54,971 bases of DNA from Candidatus Daviesbacteria bacterium (GTDB lineage: Bacteria > Patescibacteriota > Microgenomatia > Daviesbacterales > UBA10151), in contig JAQUSJ010000003.1 in the NCBI GenBank assembly GCA_028715175.1, positions 1-54,971 of the forward strand, in the 5' to 3' direction. Under the pieces are notes generated by a model. It did not search any database. It was not told the DNA's origin and was given only the letters and a program-made list of their open reading frames with translations. Position numbers and translations under genes: made by a program. This document shows positions 7,781 to 17,079 of the stretch, one piece after another. Each line of letters starts with the position of its first letter. Positions within the stretch are counted from its first letter, which is position 1.

Positions 7781-8887
7781 TTAATCTTTAGCCCAGGCAA
7801 AGTAAACCTGTTCGAAAATACCTGATGCAGTGCTAATTTGTTTAATATCTGCTGATTCATCTGTTGTGTGAGCCTGAGAGGTTTCTCCTGGGCCAAAAAT
7901 CACCCCGTCAATGCCTAAATTTGTAAAAAACCCCAAATCATTGGAAGCATCATTTATTGCTATTTTTATTCCTGGGACTACACTTTGGAATACTTTGACA
8001 ATTTTTGAATCTGGGTTGGTGTAGCCGGCCGGACCTGGGGGATGAAGTAGCGATAATTTAATACCCCGCTTTTGTGCCAGCTGTTTGATTCTGTCAAAGG
8101 CCTTTTCATGGTAGCCGGGAATAGTGCGTAAGTCAAAAGTAGCCCGACAATAGCCGGCTGTTTTATTGGGAGAATCTGATTTAGCTTCAATTGAGGTTGA
8201 GGTAATAGCGGGAGGAACAAACTCAGAGTCTTTAAACTTTTTCTGCCAGCTCAAATTTTCTGTTTGCAAATCGTTTATAAAATTATTCATTTCGGCAATC
8301 GCATGAGACTTTATAGCTGAGGGTCTGGAGGAGTGAGTAGAAGTGCCTGTCTTTTCTGCTTTAATAAAAAAGTGTCCCCGGTGTCCATATTTGACAGTGT
8401 TAAGATCGGTTGGTTCTGCAAAAACAGCAGCCAGCTCACTGTATTGTTTGAGATAACCCTTTTTTTCAAACCACTCTGTAAATTGTTTTGTTCCTGCTCC
8501 GTCTGTTTCTTCTTTCACCACAAAGGTAAACCAAACATCTGTGGATAGTTGCTTTTTGATTAAGGATTTGGCAGTTTCCATCATGGCTAATACTCCACCT
8601 TTCGCATCAGAAGCACCTCTGCCAAAAATTCTGCCATTGACAATTTCACCTTCCCATGGATTGTGTTTCCATCTTATAATATCGCCTATATCCACAATAT
8701 CCACATGACTATTAAAAATAAATGCTCGTTTTTGATCTTCGCCATCCAGTTTGACTATTAAATTATCTCCTTGGAAAAAAGGTTTTATGCCAGCATCTTC
8801 AAGCTGAGTCTTAATATATTCTAAGATCAGCTTTTCTTTGCTTGAATATGATTGGAAATTTATTAATTTTCTTAAGCTATTTATCAT
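7781..8887 (-). CDS. M20 family deacylase (ArgE/DapE-like; candidate acyl-citrulline/acyl-ornithine deacylase)
   Basis: NSHVDIV, GRGASDAKGG and VVKEETDG are the M20 metal and catalytic motifs. The protein is 368 aa and starts 9 nt downstream of argS. Confidence 0.75.
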   Translation of the reverse strand: MINSLRKLINFQSYSSKEKLILEYIKTQLEDAGIKPFFQGDNLIVKLDGEDQKRAFIFNSHVDIVDIGDIIRWKHNPWEGEIVNGRIFGRGASDAKGGVLAMMETAKSLIKKQLSTDVWFTFVVKEETDGAGTKQFTEWFEKKGYLKQYSELAAVFAEPTDLNTVKYGHRGHFFIKAEKTGTSTHSSRPSAIKSHAIAEMNNFINDLQTENLSWQKKFKDSEFVPPAITSTSIEAKSDSPNKTAGYCRATFDLRTIPGYHEKAFDRIKQLAQKRGIKLSLLHPPGPAGYTNPDSKIVKVFQSVVPGIKIAINDASNDLGFFTNLGIDGVIFGPGETSQAHTTDESADIKQISTASGIFEQVYFAWAKD

Positions 8888-8896
8888 CTCTTTATT

Positions 8897-10783
8897 TTAC
8901 ATCCTTTCAGGCGCTTCAATGCAAAGCAAGTCTAGGCCGTTTTTCACAACTTGAGCTGAGGCTTGCGTCAAACGCAGAAGACTGTTCCTTCGTACTGAAT
9001 CCGGTTCATTAACGATACGTACTCTGTCGTACAAGGTAGTAAATAAATCAGCAGCACGGAAGATGTATTCTGCAAGTATATCAGGTCTGCTGGTTTGCGC
9101 GGCTCTAGTAATTGCTTCAGGGAATTTACTAAGATGTTTAATGAGGGCGTTTCCTGGCTGATTAGTCACTTCGATTGGTAAATCGTACCGTAATTCCATT
9201 TGTTCCTTCTGAGCTCGTTGCAGTAGGGCTCTCATTCTGGCATATGCATATTGGATATAAGGAGCGCTGCGTCCTGTGAAGGATAAAGCGCTGTCCCAGT
9301 CAAATTTAATCGATCTTTCTCTACCTTGTCCCAGATCAAAGAATACAACCGCCCCAACTCCTACTTGTCTGGCGATAGTTTCTTTTTCCTCTCTAGATAG
9401 ATCCCTGCTTAAATCATCAATTTTTTGTCTGGCTCTGTCAACAGCTTCAGTTAGCAAATCTTCTAAAAAAATCACTCTTCCGGCTCTGGTGGACATCTTT
9501 CCTTCTGGCAACCTGATCATGCCGAAATGAACATGTTCTGTTTGAGGACCTGTATTCCCCGTCATCATATCGAAAGTGGCAAAAATTTGTCGAAAATATC
9601 TTTGTTGATCTTCACCAACTACATAAATAATTCTGTGGGGATTAAACCAAGCGCAGCGCGCTACCAGTGTGGCTAAATCTCTGGTGGAGTATAAGCTTGT
9701 GCCGTCTGTTTTTTGAACTACTAATTTATCAAGGTTTTTCATAGATAAATCAACCACAATTGCGCCAGTTTCATCTATTGAGGCAATGTTTCTTTCTCTC
9801 ATATATTCTAAAACACGTGGAATCATAGGTATATAGAACGATTCTCCCAGCATATATTCATACCGGGATCCGAGTACATCATATACTCTTTGGAATTCAG
9901 CTAAGCTTTTTTGGGTAGCCCACTTTAAAAGTTCAATTGCTCTTTCGTCTCCAGATTCCAATCTTTGAAACCATCTTCTACCTTCTCGTTCCAAAGCTGT
10001 TTCCACATCCTCGTTTGCATCTAAACCCGATCTTTCTCGTTCGGCGATTTTTTCTTTCTCTACTTCCTCATGAATACGAACATAGAGTTTATATAGACCT
10101 TTGACCGGATCAGTGCCCTCACTTAATTCTTCATAATCATCTGCCCATAGTTCATGAGCTCTTGCCAACATACCGAATTGAGTTCCCCAATCGCCTAAAT
10201 GATTATCACGAATAACTTTATAACCGATGGCTCTGTTTATTCTGGCAAGCGATTCGCCGATTATCGTTGATCTTAAATGGCCGATACTCATGTATTTGGC
10301 TACGTTAGGGGATGAGCAGTCAATTACCACTGTTTCACCTTCTCCGATGTTTTGTTCACCATAGTGGTCTTGATATGTTTCGACTTCAGAGATGGCTTGA
10401 TTTCCGAATATATGCATATTAAGCAGGAAATTAAGATATCCTTTTTGGGCGATAGCTTCTTGAATAGTTGGCGGATTGGGATCTGAATTAAAACCCTCAG
10501 CCAACTCTTGAGCAATTTGCGCAGGACTTTTTCTTAATCTTCCTGCCATTTCATGACAAATTACGGTTAAATCAGCTGCTACATTAGGAGATGGTTCGGT
10601 TGCCCGCATGCCAGCCTCGGCCAAAACAGGATTAAGCCCGACAAGATGAGATATTAAATCTCTTTGTGTAGCAGTCCAAATATATTGGTTACTTCGAGGC
10701 ATATTTAAAAGATCCGGTTTAGTAATTGGGATATTACTCTCGGACAAAACAGGGACAGGAATACCTAAATATTGTTCGGTCAT
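8897..10783 (-). CDS. argS: Arginyl-tRNA synthetase
   Basis: The class I HIGH region reads SSPNVAKYMSIGHLRSTIIG, with an anticodon-binding C-terminus. The start was moved to the ATG at 10783-10781, which forms an ATGA overlap with the arcA stop. Confidence 0.9.
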   Translation of the reverse strand: MTEQYLGIPVPVLSESNIPITKPDLLNMPRSNQYIWTATQRDLISHLVGLNPVLAEAGMRATEPSPNVAADLTVICHEMAGRLRKSPAQIAQELAEGFNSDPNPPTIQEAIAQKGYLNFLLNMHIFGNQAISEVETYQDHYGEQNIGEGETVVIDCSSPNVAKYMSIGHLRSTIIGESLARINRAIGYKVIRDNHLGDWGTQFGMLARAHELWADDYEELSEGTDPVKGLYKLYVRIHEEVEKEKIAERERSGLDANEDVETALEREGRRWFQRLESGDERAIELLKWATQKSLAEFQRVYDVLGSRYEYMLGESFYIPMIPRVLEYMRERNIASIDETGAIVVDLSMKNLDKLVVQKTDGTSLYSTRDLATLVARCAWFNPHRIIYVVGEDQQRYFRQIFATFDMMTGNTGPQTEHVHFGMIRLPEGKMSTRAGRVIFLEDLLTEAVDRARQKIDDLSRDLSREEKETIARQVGVGAVVFFDLGQGRERSIKFDWDSALSFTGRSAPYIQYAYARMRALLQRAQKEQMELRYDLPIEVTNQPGNALIKHLSKFPEAITRAAQTSRPDILAEYIFRAADLFTTLYDRVRIVNEPDSVRRNSLLRLTQASAQVVKNGLDLLCIEAPERM

Positions 10784-12006
10784 ATGTTTGATCTTAAAAG
10801 CTGTCCGGTCATACAATGTGCGGCACCATAACCTTTGGTGCTCTCAAATAAATCGGTATGTACCACTTGTTTACCCAGCCCTCTCAGTTGATTATTTGTA
10901 TCAGTATTATAGCGTAGCGGCACAAATATGACACATCTCCCGCTGCTATCTTCTCCTTTGAGTAGAAAGTTACAGCCAAATCCTTTTTGTTCTTCTTGTG
11001 GAATAATCACGATATTATCTTCTGTTTGCTCCAGAAAGTCAATGAAGCTACCGAAACCATCATTTATAACTAAATTATCCCCAAAACTATTTAAGAATCT
11101 GATTCTTCTTCTTCGCGCTTCTTCTATACAAACAGCTATTTCTCTTTTGCCTACTGGATTTGAGAAAGTATCAAGATGCATGGAGTCTTGTTGTTCGCTA
11201 AAAGATCGGCCGAACGGATCTTCGTCTTCTACTACGGCGAATTTCAGACAGCATTGTTCCAGTTGTGGTTTGAGAGCCTGATATATTCCAACTGCTGCGC
11301 CTAATGTGGTACGTGTGCCTACACCGACAAACACAGTACCATTATGAATATAGGCGTCACCACCTTCAAAGGTTTCGCCAGAAGGGATGATAATTGTTGT
11401 GTGTGGTGCCAAATGTTGCTGGTAGACGAGTTCGTACAAATCAACTTCATGTCGTCTAATAGCCTTGGCCATTCGCGAAACTACCCTTGTGTCGCATAAG
11501 ACATTCATATGATCTCTGCCGTAGAGACTATTACCCAGAGGAAACTGTGGGTCAACGCTCAAAGTTTGATTTAAGTTCAAAGCTCCTTCCTCTCCATACC
11601 GAACAATGTCTTGTTCTACAAGCATTGTTATTAAATCAGCAGAATCTTCTACATGAATATCATATTGATTTTGAATAGCTTGAGCTCTACCAACCATCGC
11701 AGCGATTACTGCGTCTTTTCTTAATGGTCTTGGTTTTAAGGTTTCGGCCAAGAGATCCCTTACCATAAGAACTTTTACTCCGTGATCTTGTAAGATAGCA
11801 GCATAATTTATTCCTTCCTGTCTGGCAGTAATTACATCAAATGACTGATAAAATAGAGAGATTGCTTTAGGATAACACTGGGCTAAAACAGCCTCCGCGC
11901 CAATGGCTCCCCAAGTAGAGACAGCTCTCAAGGGTTCAGCTTCATCGAAAATACCTATTTGAATAGAATTTGGGGGCAGATCCGACTCAAGCGAATGAGC
12001 GATCAT
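10780..12006 (-). CDS. arcA: Arginine deiminase family protein
   Basis: 408 aa, with GGDAYIHNGTVFVGVGTRTT, HLDTF and C-terminal GAAHCMTGQLLR carrying the catalytic Cys. Confidence 0.7.
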   Translation of the reverse strand: MIAHSLESDLPPNSIQIGIFDEAEPLRAVSTWGAIGAEAVLAQCYPKAISLFYQSFDVITARQEGINYAAILQDHGVKVLMVRDLLAETLKPRPLRKDAVIAAMVGRAQAIQNQYDIHVEDSADLITMLVEQDIVRYGEEGALNLNQTLSVDPQFPLGNSLYGRDHMNVLCDTRVVSRMAKAIRRHEVDLYELVYQQHLAPHTTIIIPSGETFEGGDAYIHNGTVFVGVGTRTTLGAAVGIYQALKPQLEQCCLKFAVVEDEDPFGRSFSEQQDSMHLDTFSNPVGKREIAVCIEEARRRRIRFLNSFGDNLVINDGFGSFIDFLEQTEDNIVIIPQEEQKGFGCNFLLKGEDSSGRCVIFVPLRYNTDTNNQLRGLGKQVVHTDLFESTKGYGAAHCMTGQLLRSNI

Positions 12007-12106
12007 CTTTAAAAGAGTAGTTATACTAGATTTGGATAGGTGTTGTCAAACCAAGGTATATAAGATAAATATCCTGGATACGGAGTTTTATGGTAGACTA
12101 GAAAGC

Positions 12107-13147
12107 ATGAAGCGGATACTTACTGGAGATCGACCTACAGGTAGGTTACATTTAGGCCATTACGTTGGGTCACTCAAAAATAGGGTCAGGTTGCAAGATG
12201 AATATGAGTGTTTTTTCATCATTGCAGATTTGCATACCTTAACCACTAAACCAGAGAAAACAAAAGAGTTAAAGGACAATATTTATCAAATGGTGTTGGA
12301 TTATTTATCTATTGGCATTGATCCAAAAAAGTCTACTGTCTATATCCAATCCCAGATTCCGGAAGTTGCAGAACTGGCCCTAATTTTTGGAAATTTAACC
12401 ACAGTTCCAAGGCTTGAGCGCATGCCGACTTTAAAAGATGTAATGAGAGATGCAGATATACAAGTTCCTTCGTATGGACTCTTGGGTTATCCGGTTTTGC
12501 AGGCGGCAGATATTTTGATGGTTAAAGCTAATTTAGTGCCTGTGGGAAAAGATCAGGTATCTCATGTTGAAGTAACCAGAGAAGTGGCTAGGGATTTTAA
12601 TAGAATTTATCGGTCCACCTCCGAGGAGTCAAAGCCCACCTCGGAGGTGTCTAGTCAGGTTTTGCCAATTCCTGAGGTTTTGGTTGGGGAAATTCCCACT
12701 TTGCCCGGTACAGATGGAGCAGTAAAAATGAGTAAATCTGCAGGTAATGTGATTAATTTATCGGATTCTCCTGAAGAAGTAGAGAAAAAAGTCATGGGTA
12801 TGTATACAGATCCAACCAGGATTCATCCTACAGATCCAGGGCATGTGGAGGGTAATCCGGTATTTACATATTTGGATGCTTTTGGAGCTGATTCTGACAA
12901 ACAACAAATAACTAAGTACCAAGAACTATACAGACAAGGCCAGGTTGGGGATATTGAGGTAAAAAAGTATCTGGTTAAAGTTTTAAATAATTTCCTGGAT
13001 CCAATAAGAGAAAATCGAGCTCGATACGAGCGAGATCCTGAGCTTGTCGAACGGATCTTAAAAGAAGGTACTGCCAAAACCAGAACAGAAGCCCAAAAAA
13101 CCCTCCTTGAAGTCAAAGCTGCCATGAAGCTGGATTATTTTGTATAA
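12107..13147 (+). CDS. trpS: Tryptophanyl-tRNA synthetase
   Basis: GDRPTGRLHLGHYVG is the HIGH motif and KMSKS is present. The start was chosen at MKRILTG. It contains an in-frame hairpin insert at 12615-12649. Confidence 0.9.
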   Translation: MKRILTGDRPTGRLHLGHYVGSLKNRVRLQDEYECFFIIADLHTLTTKPEKTKELKDNIYQMVLDYLSIGIDPKKSTVYIQSQIPEVAELALIFGNLTTVPRLERMPTLKDVMRDADIQVPSYGLLGYPVLQAADILMVKANLVPVGKDQVSHVEVTREVARDFNRIYRSTSEESKPTSEVSSQVLPIPEVLVGEIPTLPGTDGAVKMSKSAGNVINLSDSPEEVEKKVMGMYTDPTRIHPTDPGHVEGNPVFTYLDAFGADSDKQQITKYQELYRQGQVGDIEVKKYLVKVLNNFLDPIRENRARYERDPELVERILKEGTAKTRTEAQKTLLEVKAAMKLDYFV

Positions 13148-13289
13148 AGCAGCTTGTCGCAGTACAAAAAATCACTCGCACGGTAGGGACTTGCTCGTTT
13201 GTGTTAGTTTTGTGTCGATCGGTTTCTGGTCCGAGATTTAGTTAGCACAAAACTAACAACATTTTTTGTTTACTTACGACTTCGCTGCC
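13148..13289 (+). repeat. Structured intergenic repeat, copy 1 (family also at 51431-51570 and 52163-52306)
   Basis: Shares the 5' block GTACAAAAAATCACTCGCAC...GCTCGTTTG and the 3' block CAACATTTTTTGTTTAC...ACTTCGC with the other copies. An internal perfect stem pairs 13201-13214 with 13246-13258. Confidence 0.7.
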
Positions 13290-13317
13290 TTTTAAGGTTT
13301 TATTGTGAAGCTGTTTG

Positions 13318-13326
13318 TGTTACAAT
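13318..13326 (+). promoter_or_regulatory. Candidate extended -10 promoter element for ftsH
   Basis: TGTTACAAT (TGn + TACAAT) lies 31 nt upstream of the ftsH ATG. No good -35 was found. Confidence 0.3.
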
Positions 13327-13356
13327 TTGCAACACTTGTAGCGAGCAAGTCGAACT

Positions 13357-15204
13357 ATGGCAAATGGCAAAAGAAGAATCAATTTGAACAAAAGAATATG
13401 GGCAATTATTAAAGGTTTAGTCATTTATATCCTAATTGCTTTAGCTGCTCTGATTTTCTTTTATCAAGTTTCCGGCGGACCCAAAACTGCTGACAGCAGT
13501 GAAGTGCCAATTTCTCAAATTATTTCTGATGTCAAAGATAATAAATTGACAAAAATCTCTGTGGAAGGGGATAAGGTAACAGCAGAAGTAAAAGATTCAG
13601 ACAAGAAGATTACCTCCCGCAAAGAAGCCGGGGAATCCATCTATAAAATTTTAGAGTCGAGTGGTGTTGATCCTAAAACCGTTACCATTGAAGTAAAAGA
13701 TTTGTCTATCCAGGAGGCTTGGATTGGGATTTTGTCGGCAGTGTTACCAATCCTGATATTGGTGGGTTTGATGTTTTTGCTTTTCAGAAACGCCAGAGAA
13801 GGAGCACAGGGTATTTTTTCTTTTGCTCAATCCAGGGCCAGGCTTTTCACCAAAGATCAGCCACAAATTAAGTTTTCAGATGTAGCCGGGGCAGAAGAAG
13901 CAAAACGCGAACTATCTGAAGTAGTGGAATTTTTAAAGACCCCGGGGAAGTTTAAAGCCTTAGGAGCAAGAATACCTAAAGGAGTATTAATGGTGGGTCC
14001 GGCCGGAACAGGTAAAACATTACTATCAAGGGCAGTGGCAGGGGAAGCCGGAGTGCCATTTTTCTCTATTGCAGGGTCAGAGTTTATGGAAATGTTAGTT
14101 GGAGTTGGTGCGGCCAGAGTCCGGGATATGTTTGCCCAGGCCAAAAAAGCCGCTCCGGCAATTATTTTTGTTGATGAAATTGAATCAATCGGCAGGCAGC
14201 GCGGTATGGGTTTTTCCGGCGGGCACGATGAAAGGGAGCAAACTTTAAACCAGATCTTGGTGGAGATGGACGGGTTTACCCCTAATGATCATGTGATAGT
14301 GTTGGCAGCTACAAACAGACCTGATCTTTTGGATGCAGCCTTAGTAAGGCCGGGCCGTTTCGACAGGCGGGTAGTTTTAAGCTTACCGGATTTGGCAGAA
14401 AGAAAAGCTATCATTGAACTTCATATGAAAGGTAAGCCTTTCACCAAAGATGTTTCAACAGAAAAATTAGCGAGAAGAACCGTGGGGTTTTCCGGGGCAG
14501 ATTTGGCTAACATGTTAAATGAGGCGGCAATTCTGGCAGCACGAGAGGGAAAAACTGCCATAGACAATAAAGATTTGGAAGAAGCTGCCACTAAGGAAAA
14601 ATTAGGGCCGCAGCGAAAAAGAATACAATCGGAACAAGACCGGAAACTGGCAGCCTATCATGAAGCAGGTCATGCCATTGTAGGGCATTTTTTAAAAAAC
14701 GTTGATCCGGTGCACCGTATTTCGATAGTTGCCAGAGGCATGTCCGGAGGACATACAATGTTTCCTCCAACAGAAGACCGTTCTAACGAGAGCAAATCCC
14801 GCCTTTTGGAACAAATTACCGCGGCCCTGGGAGGGCAAGCTGCAGAAGATTTGATTTTTAAGGATATTTCAACAGGCGCGGCATCGGATATTGAAATAGC
14901 CACTAACATTGCAAGATCAATGGTTACCCAATATGGCATGTCTTCTTTAGGGCCGATTAATGTAAACCCCAGGCCCATGTTTGGAATTTGGCGGGGGATG
15001 GAAGAGGGAGCAGATCTCTCCCCGAAACTTCATGATGCGGTGGATACGGAAACAAGGAAAATAATGGATCTTTGCTATAAAAATGCCCAGGATATTTTAA
15101 GAAATCATAAAATTAAATTGGATAAGGTAGCCAAAGAGCTTTTAGAAAAAGAAACCCTGGAATCTGAGGAATTTGAAAAAATTGTGGGGAAGAAGAAAAG
15201 TTGA
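13357..15204 (+). CDS. ftsH: ATP-dependent zinc metalloprotease FtsH
   Basis: An N-terminal TM pair, the AAA Walker A motif GPAGTGKT, the second region of homology, and the HEAGHA zinc motif. Confidence 0.95.
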   Translation: MANGKRRINLNKRIWAIIKGLVIYILIALAALIFFYQVSGGPKTADSSEVPISQIISDVKDNKLTKISVEGDKVTAEVKDSDKKITSRKEAGESIYKILESSGVDPKTVTIEVKDLSIQEAWIGILSAVLPILILVGLMFLLFRNAREGAQGIFSFAQSRARLFTKDQPQIKFSDVAGAEEAKRELSEVVEFLKTPGKFKALGARIPKGVLMVGPAGTGKTLLSRAVAGEAGVPFFSIAGSEFMEMLVGVGAARVRDMFAQAKKAAPAIIFVDEIESIGRQRGMGFSGGHDEREQTLNQILVEMDGFTPNDHVIVLAATNRPDLLDAALVRPGRFDRRVVLSLPDLAERKAIIELHMKGKPFTKDVSTEKLARRTVGFSGADLANMLNEAAILAAREGKTAIDNKDLEEAATKEKLGPQRKRIQSEQDRKLAAYHEAGHAIVGHFLKNVDPVHRISIVARGMSGGHTMFPPTEDRSNESKSRLLEQITAALGGQAAEDLIFKDISTGAASDIEIATNIARSMVTQYGMSSLGPINVNPRPMFGIWRGMEEGADLSPKLHDAVDTETRKIMDLCYKNAQDILRNHKIKLDKVAKELLEKETLESEEFEKIVGKKKS

Positions 15205-15216
15205 TAAAATAAGATA

Positions 15217-15858
15217 GTGAGAATAATTACCGCTTGTTTTCTGCTTTTTACTTTTTACTTTTTACTTTTTACTCCGTCCTATGCCCAAGAGGATGATATA
15301 GGACAATCTCAAATTACTCCTGCCTCGCCCCTTTATTTCTTAAAATCAGTCCGTGAGATTCTGGAGTTAAAATTTGCAGGGACCACCCATGTAAGAGCTA
15401 TCCGTGAGTTTGAATTTGCAACAAGACGGATCAGGGAGGCCAAAGGATTGGTTAAAACCAGCCGCCAGGATTTGATTGAACCAACGCTATACCGGTATCT
15501 ATTCCATCTGGAGGAGTTTATCGGTATAGCCAACTTTAAAGATCCGGATTTTGCAAGTCAAGTCAGTAAAAATATAACCGGGCAGATGAATGTTTTGCAG
15601 GCAGTTTATAACCATGTCTCTGACAAAAGAGCATTGATGTCAATCAGAGCAACAATCAATAGTTTATCCAAATGGGACCTAAAGCTGATTGATAAGCTCG
15701 GCTTAGCAGAAAAACCGCTGCTTGCAGAGCAGATTGCAGTCTCCAGGCTGTCAGCATGTAATTTTTTAAGTCATGAAGCATCTTCTTCTGCTTTAAATGA
15801 GGTTGAAAGAGCTGTCTTTTCAGAAAGGACCAAACAATGTTTAACCCCAAAACTATAG
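15217..15858 (+). CDS. Secreted hypothetical protein (DUF5667-like)
   Basis: A signal peptide with FLLFTPSYAQ. PASPLYFLKSVRE resembles the DUF5667 N-terminal block common in CPR genomes. GTG start. Confidence 0.45.
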   Translation: MRIITACFLLFTFYFLLFTPSYAQEDDIGQSQITPASPLYFLKSVREILELKFAGTTHVRAIREFEFATRRIREAKGLVKTSRQDLIEPTLYRYLFHLEEFIGIANFKDPDFASQVSKNITGQMNVLQAVYNHVSDKRALMSIRATINSLSKWDLKLIDKLGLAEKPLLAEQIAVSRLSACNFLSHEASSSALNEVERAVFSERTKQCLTPKL

Positions 15859-15865
15859 CGGTAAA

Positions 15866-16576
15866 TCATTTGTCATAATGGCCAAATTTGTAATTGAAAA
15901 TATTATTTTTTATCTTTCCGATAAAAATTAGATGTAACTCTATGGCGATATATTTTAAAACTATCTTGAGTCTGCCATCTTTTGATAGTCTGCGGACAGA
16001 GACAGGTATTTTATAAGATTTTAGATAACCAAATCTGCCGATTCTTTTGGCGCGTTTGACATAATCATGATCTTCAGCGAGCATCAAAGATTCGTCAAAT
16101 CCTTTGATAGCTAAATGGAGATCTTTTTTTACAAAGATGCAAAATCCGGGTATGTGGGGATGGAATTTTTGTGTCAGCCGCATATATTGATTGGTAAATT
16201 TATGCAGGATGTGATCAATTCGAAGTGAGGATCTTGGTGTGATGAAACAAGAGGTAATATCAAGTTTCCTTCTTACCATTTCCGCAGTAGTTTCTTCCAG
16301 AAACGTGGGTGGTAAAACTACATCAGCATCTAAAAACAACAGCAGAGGTGCTGTGGCAACCATGGCGCCGCTATTTCTGGCTATTCCTGGTAAACCACCA
16401 TTAACAAGTTTACAGCCAAATTTTTGGGCGATTTTTCTTGTCGTATCAATAGAAAATGCATCAGCGATAATTATCTCTTCCGGTTGTCTGGTTTGATTTT
16501 CGATGGATTTTAAGAGTTTTGGCAGAAACTGCTTTTCATTAAAAGTGGGGATTATAATACTTAAAGGAAGAATCAT
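15866..16576 (-). CDS. Glycosyltransferase family 2
   Basis: LSIIIPTFNE and LDADVV form the GT-A fold with a DxD motif. Confidence 0.8.
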   Translation of the reverse strand: MILPLSIIIPTFNEKQFLPKLLKSIENQTRQPEEIIIADAFSIDTTRKIAQKFGCKLVNGGLPGIARNSGAMVATAPLLLFLDADVVLPPTFLEETTAEMVRRKLDITSCFITPRSSLRIDHILHKFTNQYMRLTQKFHPHIPGFCIFVKKDLHLAIKGFDESLMLAEDHDYVKRAKRIGRFGYLKSYKIPVSVRRLSKDGRLKIVLKYIAIELHLIFIGKIKNNIFNYKFGHYDK

Positions 16577-16632
16577 TGTTTAAATATAATCAACTTCCCT
16601 TTGGTTGTCAAAAGTCTGATAAAATTAGAAAT

Positions 16633-17079
16633 ATGCATAAAAAGATCCAAAACATACTCAAGATTTTTTTGGTTTTAGGAGCTATTTATCTTCTTGCTGA
16701 TGCTTTTATACATTTTTTTGATTTTAAATTAACTGATGTTAATAATGATTGGCCTATTTCAGCCTTGGTCTATGCTCAATTACTTGATAAAATTTCTGGG
16801 GCTTTTATGTTACTTATTGCTATCATTGTGTTTGTAATTCATAAAGATCTGGAAAAATACCGGCTAGTGGTGTACCTTTCGGCTGTCTGGACATTCTTTT
16901 TAGGGTTGACCTTCATTTATCTTAGTATGTCAACAGATTATTTACATATCTTTAACTTTTTGCCATCGCTTTCTTTTTGGCTGCCGTTTTATAGAGAATA
17001 TTTACTTTTAGAATCAGGGGCGCTCATTTTTTACAGTGCAATAGTTTATCTGTGGTTTAAGACTAGATCCCATGAATAA
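16633..17079 (+). CDS. Hypothetical integral membrane protein
   Basis: Four hydrophobic segments. The start was chosen at MHKKIQ. The end overlaps the next GT2 start. Confidence 0.45.
   Translation: MHKKIQNILKIFLVLGAIYLLADAFIHFFDFKLTDVNNDWPISALVYAQLLDKISGAFMLLIAIIVFVIHKDLEKYRLVVYLSAVWTFFLGLTFIYLSMSTDYLHIFNFLPSLSFWLPFYREYLLLESGALIFYSAIVYLWFKTRSHE

Noticed and set aside
10784-10816. A longer argS start (MYDRTAFKIKH...) overlapping arcA by 37 nt.
   Set aside because: The internal ATG at 10783 gives a classic ATGA stop/start overlap and a normal ArgS N-terminus. The longer form cannot be excluded.
12032-12106. A TTG-initiated 25-codon extension of trpS.
   Set aside because: It contains no conserved TrpS sequence. 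MKRILTGDRPTG is the usual distance from the HIGH motif.
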